DNA of 58,663 nucleotides, counting the filler, from Dugesia japonica (taxonomy: Eukaryota): assembly GCA_001938525.1 (NCBI GenBank). It is 5 parts of 5 records of this genome, joined end to end, with 100 filler letters (N's around TTAATTAATTAA, not from the genome) between each part and the next. Parts side by side here need not be neighbours in the genome. Positions count along the whole stretch, not along the records: positions 19,738 to 36,282 come from MQRL01583068.1; positions 36,383 to 45,123 come from MQRL01494357.1; 3 more parts are not named here. One strand, written 5' to 3'. How positions within the stretch are numbered: position 1 is the stretch's first letter; every line of letters starts with the position of its first letter. The position numbers were made by a program, and so were the translations under genes. The notes under the pieces were generated by a model. That model was not told the DNA's origin. It did not search any database and saw only the letters and a list, made by a program, of their open reading frames with translations. This document shows positions 26,317-37,339 of this stretch, in pieces.

Positions 26317-26859
26317 CTGGAAAAAATAAGTTTAAAACATTTTATAAAATTATTAAAATTTATTAAATTATTAAAACATAAAATAAGTTATAAAATGAAA
26401 AACTAACTTTTATCATAAATAGGAGCCGCAACAGGAGAAGAAACAACAGAAGCATCATAAATTTACTTTAATTAAACTCTTTCTTTTGATACATCTTCCA
26501 CCTTGCTTTGAATTATTATAATTCTAAAATAAAAATTAATAATCATTAAATACTAAAAGTAAATTTACATTATCAATCATTAAACTTGACGAATTCATAT
26601 TTCGTTTATCGTTTATATTGTTCATAACCTGAAAGTGTAAAATAAATAAAAATAATAATGAAAATAGTTTACCTTTTCTTCGTTCAACAATTTTCTCAAT
26701 ATGCTTTGATTGTTCATAATCTAAAAATATATATAAAATAGATATAAAAAATAACAAACTTACGTATCAAATTTGTCGCTTTTAAAAATAGTTTTTTGAA
26801 AATTGTGAAAATTTTTCAAAATTAACTGTTTTTATAATGTCAAAATAATTATTCTTTCA

Positions 26860-27040
26860 CCATTGTATGCATGTATTTTAATTTTTCTATCTCCTTTGTA
26901 TGAGTGTATCATATATTTTCTATTCCTTCGATGTGTGTATAATATATTTTCTATTCCTTCGATGTGTGTATAATATATTTTCTATCCCCATTAAACTATT
27001 TGTGTATGTATCATAACTTTTTCTATCCCCTTTGCAAGTG
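26860..27040. repeat. ~30-bp tandem repeats upstream of the pPolB leader exons
   Basis: TGTGTATAATATATTTTCTATTCCTTCGA-like units repeated about 5 times. Confidence 0.7.
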
Positions 27041-27352
27041 TTTATTCAAAATTTTAAAATACCACAACGTAGTATATCAAGTTGTAACAAGAAATCATTT
27101 TTTTATGATAAAATAATTTTAAAGTACTGCAACGTAGTATAATTTTGCATTTACAAATTTATTAGTCATGAAAATAACAAAGACATGTTTTTATTATAAC
27201 AAAGGTCAATTAACTGCTTTATATTTTTATGATTTTAAAAAATTTAACTATTTTATAATTTAAATAAAAATATATCAAATATTTTCATATAATACATTTA
27301 TTTACATACAACATATACATTGTTGATTATTTTTCACATAAAATGTTGATTT

Positions 27353-27736
27353 TCAGATACAATGTTGACTTTTAAGCCACAATAGACAATGTTGACTACA
27401 GGTTGTTGTAAAAGGATTTTGAAATCTAATTTTGTTATATTTAATTGGCTTTGATATTTTTGAGAGATGTGAGACCAATATATGTAGATAATAAAATCCA
27501 AGTGGATCAAAAACTGAAATAATTTCAGGCTTATGATAAACTGCTATCCAATTTTCTCCACAAAGATTTGATGTTTCAGTATTGTAGATTAAGGCTTTAT
27601 TAACTGGAAAGTATGGTAGTTTGTCTAATGTATATACTCCCAACCACGACGATCCCAACAATTTTGATCCAATTTGATTAATCTGAAAAGAACTAATAAA
27701 GTAAAATATTAAAATTAAATGAAAAACTTATTTCAT
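27353..27736 (-). pseudogene. Adenain-like cysteine protease with a 39-nt intron (27693-27731)
   Basis: Spliced product MNSFQINQIGSKLLGSSWLGVY..NT..GENWIAVY..FDPLG..QNPFTTTCSQHC. The catalytic His position reads Asn and the donor reads ATAAGT. Confidence 0.85.
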
Positions 27737-27768
27737 ACTTTTGATTATTTGATTTTATTAGATATTGT

Positions 27769-28065
27769 TTACCGTAGTACTGTTCTATTAGCATTTATTT
27801 GGGTTTCGCTTTCAAATACTCCATTTATTATAACATACGCTTCCGTCTCCAAAGCTTTAGCAAACTTTATATCCAATCTTAAATTTCCTTGTTGAGGCAA
27901 TTGACTCTGATTAATATCGAAGTCTGGAGCAAGTACAAATGTAAAAAACGGATATTTGCTTTTTAATTTCTCAAGTTTTATTCCACAATTCATATTCTTA
28001 TCCAAATATCCCATATTGTACTGTATCACCATTCTGTATTCTACATTTCCAGTATATAATAAGTC
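27769..28065 (-). pseudogene. Major capsid protein (hexon-like), C-terminal fragment
   Basis: FFTFVLAPD, GNLRLDIKFAKAL and VFESETQINANRTV are typical of the F54H12.2-like MCP C-terminus. Confidence 0.85.
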
Positions 28066-28069
28066 GAAA

Positions 28070-28895
28070 ATGAAATACATGACTGCAAAAAAATATATTA
28101 AATGAAATAACTGTAACAATTAATAATAAGGAAAAAGCGATTAGTGCGATCAAAATACAAATATTGAAATATTTGAATAGAATCTCACAAGAATTTATTG
28201 TGATTTTCCATATATTGTCATATTTGAAGATGCAAATATCGCGCATTCATTTGGATTAGAATTTAAATCTAACAAATTAAAAAAAACTTTTGGAGCTATC
28301 TATACAAACTTTGCAAATGATGACACAATACAAAAAGTAAAAATTAAAGTAGATTATACAAAGGTGAATTATCATAATTTTCAGTTTAAAAAGGATACAT
28401 ACATATCAGAATTAGAATATTAAGTAAATATTTGTCAAAAAATTGTACTCAAATACTTAAGAAATGTCTTACAAATGTAGATATTTTGAATTCGAGCTAC
28501 AAGATGATGTCAAAAATGTTGAATTTTATTATGTCTAAAAAAGAACATTTGGATTAGACAAACAACAATATTCTCCTACAGTTATGAAGGGAGGCAAATT
28601 CAAAGCTATTGCTAAATAAAATGAATAAAATTACATCAGCAAATATTCATCTATAGTAATCTTGTTGAAACTATAATTGTAGGTGATGTTAGTGTACATT
28701 TGTTGAAAACAATATGGATAGAAAAGCATGAAACTGATGAAGTAGTACAAATGATAGTTAAGAATCCAATGTATTTAACTATGGTAACATCATGTATAAA
28801 CAATATAAAAATTAATATACGCGATGATAACGAAAAATTAATGAAGGTTATAAAATTCAAAAACTCATTTAACTTTACATTTTAAAAAACTAAGT
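28070..28895 (+). pseudogene. Minor capsid protein (penton)
   Basis: YSNLVETIIVGDVSVHLLKTI..NPMYLTM..INNIKINIRDD and a terminal LTLHFKK. The 5' boundary is approximate. Confidence 0.8.
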
Positions 28896-28896
28896 A

Positions 28897-29320
28897 ATGA
28901 ATCCTGATATTTTTTCAATGTATAGTACTAGTCAAACAGGTAGAAAACTACCTTACTTTCTTGGAAAACAGTGTTGATCTGGTTGGTTGTGAAAAATAGG
29001 GAAATTTGTATTACCTATTCTTAGACGTATTGGTTCATTTGGTATGAAAACAGCTCAGGATGTACTAACTAAATTGGAGAAATACTACCAACATTAAAAT
29101 CTAATGCATTCGCTGAACTTGGAAATTTTATGTCATCATTACATAGAGGAGTAACCAGTATGATTCCAAAAATAGTAAAAAAGTAAAAATAGCATAGTAA
29201 ATAACGAATATGCTATCAAATCAAGTCAAAACACCACAAATTCATAGAAAGCGTACAAAATCTCGCGCATCACGTATAAACAAACTAATGAGAGAGCATA
29301 GAACAATATTTGAAAAATGA
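28897..29320 (+). pseudogene. pX/core-like virion protein with putative adenain cleavage motifs
   Basis: MNPDIFSMYSTSQTG.KLPYFLGKQC*SGWL..IGKFVLPILRRIG.., with a basic C-terminus. Its TGA overlaps the MCP ATG (ATGA at 29317). Confidence 0.65.
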
Positions 29321-30322
29321 TTTGCAGTAAAACTGAATTATGTATTTTTGATCGACCATCTCCTCAAGTTGTAATTAAAAGTGGTAGGTTTGAAGATGTC
29401 TTTCCTATAAATTCAATTTCTGAATCACAAAGCGACATAGAGTTTTTTATAAATGGATCTCAAACAGAATATTTGGATTTGAATGATACTTTATTGTATA
29501 TTAAAGTAAAGGTGATTGATAAGACAATTTGGCCGACACTCATTATGTTGTTCCAAGTAACTATATGCTGCATACGCTTTTTAAGGATGTAATTCTTTCG
29601 TTTATTAATTTCAAAATTGAAGGTGGGAATGGATCTTATCTTCTCAAAGCATTAATTGAAACTATAATAAATTATATAGGTGATAGTAAAAATATCTGTC
29701 TTACATCAATGAAATATGGAAGCAGATATAAAAGGTCTACTAAAACATCAAAAAGATTTTCCCTATGTGGTGCATTGCAACTCGATTTCATGGATCAACC
29801 AAAATACCTTATTCCTGGTGTTAATGTTGATATTAGGTTGAAACAATTGTCTTCAAAGATAAGTTTAAAGTCTGCAGCTAATGAACCAAGATATGTATTA
29901 CTAGATACAAAATTAATGGTTAGACGTGTATGTGTTGAACTCTCAGTACTAGCTGCTTATCAAATGGGACTATGAGACTGTTTCCTTGACGAAAAACACT
30001 AATTATTGAGAAATATACACTGAAGATTTTACAAACGATAATTTTACCACTACATATATGTAATCTATAGTAAGAAATATGGGATATTTGGATAAGAATG
30101 TGAATTGTGGAGTAACACTTCAAGATTTTAAGGATAATTATACCTTCTTTTCATTTGTTCTTGCTCCAGATTTTGAAATAAATCAGTCAATTAACTCAAC
30201 AAAAAAATTTGAGATTGAATATCAAATTTGCCAAAGCTTTAACAACATCAAAATATGTTATAATTTATAGACTATTTGAAAATGAAATTCAGGTTAAAGC
30301 CAACGAAACAGCATTAGTGTAA
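29317..30322 (+). pseudogene. Major capsid protein (double jelly roll, F54H12.2-like), internally deleted
   Basis: CSKTELCIFDRPSPQ..IEFFING..YLDLNDTLLY, LHTLFKDV, DFMDQPKYLIPGVNVDIRL and FVLAPD. Confidence 0.9.
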
Positions 30323-30350
30323 ACAATATGTTGGATAATTGGTACATGTT

Positions 30351-30635
30351 ATGAAGTAAGTGTTATTAAAGTAATGATTTTTATTTTCATAGTACTATTC
30401 AGATTGATAGGATTGCACCAAAGTGGCTTGGATCAGCATGGTTAGGTGTTTATGCGTTAGATAAACTTCCAAATTATATTACAGTAAACAATGCCTTAAT
30501 TGTCAATAATCATACATCAAATCTAGGTGGATAACATTAAATAGCTGTTAACAATAAATCAGATATCAAAATCCATTTACAACTATATGTGGTCAACACT
30601 GTTAGTTATGGACGAAAAAACAACATTGTACTTGA
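30351..30635 (+). pseudogene. Adenain-like protease with a 37-nt GT-AG intron (30356-30392)
   Basis: ATG AA|GTAAGT..TTTTCATAG|T ACT ATT CAG gives MNTIQIDRI..WLGVYALDKLP..GG*H*IAV..QNPFTTICGQHC. Confidence 0.85.
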
Positions 30636-31397
30636 CAGATTTATATGTACTTGTTGTATAAAATAAATGCTTTTTATTGAAATTAAATCTTTCTTATTTA
30701 TTAAAATTATGAATAAAAATAATAAAATAACAACATTTATTTACAAACTATTTGTTAGTAATATGCTAATAATTCATGTTTTTTTATTATTTTGACACGT
30801 TTTATTATCAAAAAAATAAAATTAATTTAAAATACCACAACGTAATATATCTGTACTTTGAAAAATTAAATTAAAATACCTCAACGTAATATGTCTGCAA
30901 TATTTAAATATATTTTGACATACATATTCGAATTTGATTGGTTAGATTTGAAAACCTTGGTAAAAGTTATTATTCTTCATTATAATTTCAAATTTTCTTT
31001 ACAAAACCAGTGAACAAATAAAAGAACAGTAGAAAATAACAACATTTATTTATAAAATATTTGTAATTATTATACCATTAATGCATGTTTTTTATTATTA
31101 TTTTTTTAAGTTAAATTTTTTTAATATTTTACTTTAAAAACTACTATTATGCTATTTTATTATGAAGAAGAAATGTTCGGTTTGTTTTATGAAAAGTTCT
31201 ATGCTTTTATTATTTTGCTGAGAAAAGTTCCTAGCTAATATGTTTTTTATAGAAAAAGTTCAATGCGTTTTATATTTTATAAAGAAAAATGTTATTAAAA
31301 GTTTTATTAAAATTATTATGTTATTGTTAAAATTATTATTTTATCATTATGTTATTAATTTTTAATTAAAACTATTAAAATCGCATCATTATTTTAG

Positions 31398-33621
31398 GAA
31401 AGTATCAATTATACAAAAAACATTGCGCTAGTGCGAGTCACAACGGTGACTGTCATAGTATCATGGAAAGATACTATAGCCAACGGTTTTATGAAAGAAA
31501 CTATTTTATATAGCATAATAGTAAGGTATTAAGTTTAGGGGACTACTTAGATTTTTATAGGATACATAAAAACCACTTGTCATGTTTTAGTACTAGTAAA
31601 AAATATATATTAAAATCAATATTAGATAGAAAGTTGGATAGTATGTTTTATGATGCACCAGTAAATAAGACAATTAAGTTTGAAGAAACAACAATTAAGG
31701 ATGAGCCTATTGAAATAATCGTAATTGAAGATGACGTTGAGTAAATCATCCATTTGAACCTGGAAAAAGGAGAAACATCAAATATTGTACAAGAAGAAGA
31801 AGCAATAAATATTTAATTTTACAGCAAAATAAAAAAACAATTAAATTCTTTCACAGCTATCAGATCAAAAATTCCTCATTGGACACTGCTGCTAAATACT
31901 TAAAAGCAACACCTTTGACTACAAAAGAATTTAAGAGTCAGATTAGTACAAAATCAATAGGGATATTTCCTTACAATTTTGTAACGAGCGCACAGGTTCT
32001 AGAAGATACAAAACAAATGCCGCCAAAATAGGAGGAAATTAATAGGAAAAAATATGAGAAAAAATAATCGATGTGGGAAATATTTAGTTACACAACATCT
32101 TTGAATTATATGATGTTATATTTAAAGTTAGATGTATATTTGTTAGCAAATTTTCTCCAGCAATTCCGTCCAAAGTCTTTATGGCACAACAATTTTGAAC
32201 CGTTGAATTCTTTCGGTATACCAGAAATATCATGGGTATCTGCGTTGATATCATTATAAAAACATATTGAATTGCTGCAAGATAACGATATTTATACATT
32301 TTTTGAAGGAGATATAAAAGGAGAATTAACTTTTGTAAACAAGCATCATATTACCACTAGTGAAAATGTTGATTGGTTGTACATAGATATTAATAATCTA
32401 TATGGTTGGACACTGAGTCAAAAGTTGTCCTATACAAATTTTGAGTGAGTCTATGATGGATTGAAAAGAGTTTTGGAAGTGTGTAAAAATGCAGACCTAG
32501 ACTCATTACCATATGGATACACACTCGAGGTGGACATGGTAATTCCAGCAGAAATACATGATTATTTGAATAATTTACCAGTTGCTACAGAACATAGAAG
32601 CACTCCAAGTTCAAAAGTAAAGAAATTAATGTTAACCCACTACTTCAAGATCAATTACGTAGTGCACTAGAAATTGCTGCAAATGTATTTAAGTTTAGAA
32701 GTTCAAGTAACAGAGGTTTATAGAGGTGTTAAATTCCGCCAAGCTTCAATATTTGAGAATTATATCAACACCAACACAATTTTCAGATCAAATTGTGTTA
32801 CAGAATTAGATAAAAACTATTATAAACTGTTAAACAATAATTTATATGAAAGGTCAGTGAAGAATCTTAAGAACAGGAAAAATCTGCGCTTAAGTAATTC
32901 AGCAAAGAAGTTGATTACATTCGCATCAAAAGCCAGATTTAAAAAAACCACAAAAATTGATGATGATTTGATAGCTGTTCTTCTCAAAAAGGATATCGTT
33001 TGTTTAGATCGTCCGAGCTACATAGGACAAACAGTACTTGGCCTCTTAAAATTGAGAATGTACAAACTTCAGTATATTGAGTTGGACAAGTACAGGAAGG
33101 AATATAATTGCAAAATTAATATTGTAGCCGGCAAGACAGATAGTTTTTTTCTAGAAATAAAAAATATACGTTTAGAAACAATAACAGCGAGTATAGTGAG
33201 AGATCAGTTACTTGATACTTTGAATTATGATACAGATCATGCTCTTTATAATAGCATCTCGAATTTGGAAACATGAAAATTCAAAGATGAGAATAAAGGG
33301 AAGAACTATCAAAAATGGGTATTTCTGAGGCCGAAATGTTATAGCCTACTCAGTGATAAGAACAGTATAAGAGCAAATGGCATAACATTGAAGAATACAG
33401 AAATTTGTCATCAGTCTTACCTTGACTGTTATAATGAGAACAAATCGGTCTCGGGGAAACAATTTAGGATAACCACCAAAAATCATCAATTGTATAGCAT
33501 TAAGTCAAAACAAATAGCACTGACAAACTCAGATAATAAGCGTGTATGGGTTAATAAAAACAACAGTGTACCATATGGTCACTATACCATAAAATTGTTT
33601 TTTTCCATCAATTCGATCTAG
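31398..33621 (+). pseudogene. polB: pPolB copy B: N-terminal Cys/His and acidic part joined by deletion to the polymerase half
   Basis: GDCHSIMERYY, then GIFPY, YLKLDVYLLA, DINNLYG, YYKLLNN, KTDSFF, KFKDE, LRPKCYS, DNKR and PYGHY. Confidence 0.92.
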
Positions 33622-34326
33622 CCTCATCAAGAACAAAACCGCAAACAAAGGTATTTATTTTGGTTTTTTAAAAATATTAGTTTAATTATTTTTTATTTAG
33701 ATTATGACAAGAAAAGCACAAAAACAACTGTGAACGTATAAATGGTCATCTTTAGGATAAAAAATTGTACATTGAATTGTGAATAATGTTATTATTATTT
33801 CTTATTATTTATTAGGTTTTTTAATGAACATGATGTCAGCATGAAAAAACAAGACGCGAGCATGCGTTGTACATGACATCTGCTTTTTACAAATAATAGA
33901 ATTTAACAATAAATTTAATTTTTAATTCAATTTATATTTTTATTTCTTTCTTACAAATTGAATATTAAAACAAATATAACATTTGGAATTTGATTATAAA
34001 ATTTCCATAATTCGTTATTACAAACTTTGAAGTAATTATTTTCAATTAGCTTTGAAACTTTTCAAGAAAAAGAAATTTCAATTAAACTAAAAAATACTTT
34101 TATAAAATTTGTTTAACAAAATTTAAAATTATTTAAATTTCTATTAATAAAATAATTCGTTAAATAGTTATGATGATCTATAATATTTCTTAAATTTAAT
34201 AAATGAATTCTACTAGAAATTATTCATTTTTTAAAAAAAATATTAATTTAAATTATTATANNNNNNNNNNNNNNNNNNNNNNNNNNNNNNNNNNNNNNNN
34301 NNNNNNNNNNNNNNNNNNNNNNNNNN

Positions 34327-36070
34327 ATGGTTTTACGAGAAACAGTATTTTTATGCCATAACTTTATGTCATTAGAATAAAGTTATTACAAAAAAATTTA
34401 ATAGGACCCACAGTTACCATCTGACAACTGTTGCTATGAATAAGAAAAAAGTATTAAAATTCATTCTAGATAGAGAATTATATGTACGAAATAAGATAAT
34501 TAAGTTGGAAGAACCGGAAGGTATTACTATCAAGGATGAACTGATAGAAGTTATTCTACTTGAAGATGATGATGAAGAAGAAGAATAAATCAAGACGAAA
34601 CTATAAGAATAAACTATCAATCTTGCACCAGAAGGAGAAGCAACCAATAATGAACAGAATTTTACAACAGAAGATTAAAGCAGTTTCGAAATCATTTATG
34701 AATTAGATGAAGAAAAGATTATATAATTCAGTAATTCGTTGATGCAGAAGAAGATATTCAATTTGGCTGTGCATTAAATCTTGTTATTGCCGATAAAAAT
34801 GTAAAAGGATTTATATCGTTATTACCTAATTATAAAAATAAATTTATCAAGTTGGAACAAAATCAAATAATACTAAGAGAAAGCTTGGTTTTCTAAAAGT
34901 TTAAGATAATAAAAGAGTTGAAAAAAGTGAAAATTCAATTTGGAATAACTGTCGAGTTCATAAGGGACGAGGAGATAAAAACTAGCAGAATATCAAAAAG
35001 AGCTATTTCATTAAATAACAGTTCTTTCAAAGACGGAGTAAAGCAATTGAATAAAAAATTGTTAAAAAGACTGAGCTCGGTTTCAGCTAGATACTAAGCA
35101 GAATTTTGAAAGTAAATTTCAAAATCACCAAAGTGAAATTTATTTGCAGACTGTCAAAGCAAAGTTATATATCGACACAAAACAATCTCTCAAAGAAAAA
35201 AGCGATTGTCAATATTAGGAACCATGAAAATAAATGCTTTATTTAGAGCATTCTAGCTATTATAAAAAAAGATCAAGTTAATAAGAAATCCAGAAATAAA
35301 ACATCCGTATATGAAAAATATATGTCTGAGTTAGAATTGGAAAAATCAAACATTCCAATAAAGCTAGATATTATTCTCAAATTTGAAAAAAAAATCCAGG
35401 ATTTTTTTTTCAAATTTGCGAATAATATCTAGCTTTATTGGAATTTTTGATTTTTCAAATTCTAACTCAATGCCTTTTCATGGAATTCAAATGACATGAA
35501 AAATGGCGATGAGGAAGTTTTCAAACATTTTAATTTAGATATAATCAAAAGGTCTAATGTAGTTGATGGTAAAAAAATATATCTGTTGTTGCTAAAAGAT
35601 TGCAATAAATACCATTACACAGGCGTAATGAACTTTGATAGGTTGGAATTGCCAACAAAGGAGCTAACATGAGAATTCAATCAATATGTTGTTAATATTG
35701 TTTAAATGGATCCAGAAAGGAAATAGCTTTAGAGNAGCATCAGATAATTTGCTAGAAAATTCAAACCGAAACAACTTTATATACCACGCTGACCAAAAGC
35801 AATTTAGAGTTAAAGCATTTCTCTAAAGCTCTAACACCACAAATCCTCATATATGCTTATTTTGAATCAGTTTTGCCGTCGAATGAACATATGCCAGTTT
35901 CAGAAGGAATACTGTTAGTAAATAATTTTTCTAACAAAAGAACATATAAAGACCTCATTGAAAATGACTGCAAATATGATTTTCTAAACAAAATTAATGA
36001 AATCAACCACAATATAGTGTCTTCATGTTACACACTACATGGAAATAACATAATTGCAATTATTAGTTAA
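34327..36070 (+). pseudogene. polB: pPolB copy C, N-terminal half only
   Basis: Collinear with 24700-26230 of copy A: FYEKQYFLC, acidic tract, KKAIVNIRNHENKCFI, YHYTGVMNFDR and YAYFESVLPS. Confidence 0.85.
35328..35468. repeat. Fold-back inverted duplication (~70-bp arms) inside pPolB
   Basis: GAGTTAGAATT..AAAATCC A GGATTTT..AATTCTAACTC. Confidence 0.9.
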
Positions 36071-36282
36071 ATTCAAAGTTTCACAAGTCTCCATAAATTG
36101 CTTATTGAATATTACAAGTCTTTTATTATAATGAAAAATGATAAAACACAATTCACAATATTCAAAAAAGTAATCTGAGAAATCTTAATAAAATATTTTT
36201 CAAAAATATTGATTTTTTAAATTCCAAAATACTGTTGGGGTCCCACCTGAGTTGAGCGACAAAAAAGGTGGCTGGGGAAAAA

Positions 36283-36382
36283 NNNNNNNNNNNNNNNNNN
36301 NNNNNNNNNNNNNNNNNNNNNNNNNNTTAATTAATTAANNNNNNNNNNNNNNNNNNNNNNNNNNNNNNNNNNNNNNNNNNNN
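36283..36382. other. Artificial 100-bp scaffold linker
   Basis: 44 N + TTAATTAATTAA + 44 N. Confidence 0.9.
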
Positions 36383-36500
36383 TTATAGATTTTATACATG
36401 ATGAGTTATGTCATGCGGGAGGCCAAAAACTGACGGAGTATTTGAGTGTGATTTATTTTTGGCCAAATATGCAAAGAAATATAGAATATCAACTAAAAAC
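36383..36500 (+). mobile_element. Gypsy integrase Zn-binding fragment
   Basis: FIHDELCHAGGQKL..YFWPNMQRNI. Confidence 0.65.
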
Positions 36501-37339
36501 TTAACTGATTCTAGCATTATTATTAATAATTAGTTGTTGTAAATAAATAATTATGGAAAGTCCAAGTCTTTTAGCTTATTCAATAAATAATTCATATTTA
36601 ATTTTAATTACTTTTATTATTCAGTAATTCGTACTTGTTCGTTTAGGAAATTCTATATTAAATGGGGAAAATTCTAATATCAATCGAGTGAAAATTTATA
36701 AAACTTAAAAGGGAAATGAGCCCCATACATAATTATTTGTTATCTGTTTTTATTCATAGTATAGTATGTTTTTAATTATGTTTTAAATTTAAAAAATTAT
36801 GTCCTTAAAATCATTTCTTACTTTTAATTTTGTATTCGATATTTTATAAATTTTTATAAACTCCTTGATAATCGCAGAAAACACACAATAATATCATTGT
36901 TTCGTAACAACTGATTTCGATATTGGTACTGGAGTTTGACCTCTTGATAACTAGAGATACATATTGATGTTTATTTTTTGAATACTCCTATGCTATCCAT
37001 TTCTTTTCTCCAGTTATTATCCATATGAAATTCTTTTAGATATCAATTGATTAATGAATCGCATATCTGGACTCGAACTTACTTCATTCTGGGTTTAAAT
37101 AATGAGGAATTCAAAAACCGCATTTATTACTTTTACCGATGTTTCATGTGGTTCTAGACACTGCTGACACTACAATTTTGTAAAACCGACAATTTTTCTA
37201 ATGTTTGCTTCTGGTCTCTTTTGATAATGGCCTTCAACACATAATTATCACCCAAAGATTGTTGATGCCCACTTGGCTTGTTATACACACAAAAATACCA
37301 GCAAAAATTATATAATTGTCTTCAATGCTAAAATTTGAT

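Larger units (their letters stand above)
21158..28065 (-). mobile_element. Polinton/adintovirus copy A (MCP 3' end, adenain, pPolB, small ORFs, terminal repeat)
   Basis: Gene set as listed in the following features. The putative terminus begins AGTAGATAGATAGTAG, consistent with Polinton 5'-AG microrepeat ends. Confidence 0.9.
28070..33900 (+). mobile_element. Polinton/adintovirus copy B (penton, pX, MCP, adenain, pPolB, small ORF)
   Basis: Same gene order as copy A but in the opposite orientation. All genes are decayed. Confidence 0.9.

Noticed and set aside
28066-28119. Hydrophobic N-terminus on the MCP fragment ORF 27769-28119
   Set aside because: Chance read-through across the A/B junction into antisense penton-region sequence.
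34414-34647. Ser-rich minus-strand ORF
   Set aside because: Antisense shadow of the acidic tract in pPolB copy C.
36870-37250. Minus-strand integrase-like remnant
   Set aside because: Only scattered weak motifs are readable, so it was not listed as a feature.
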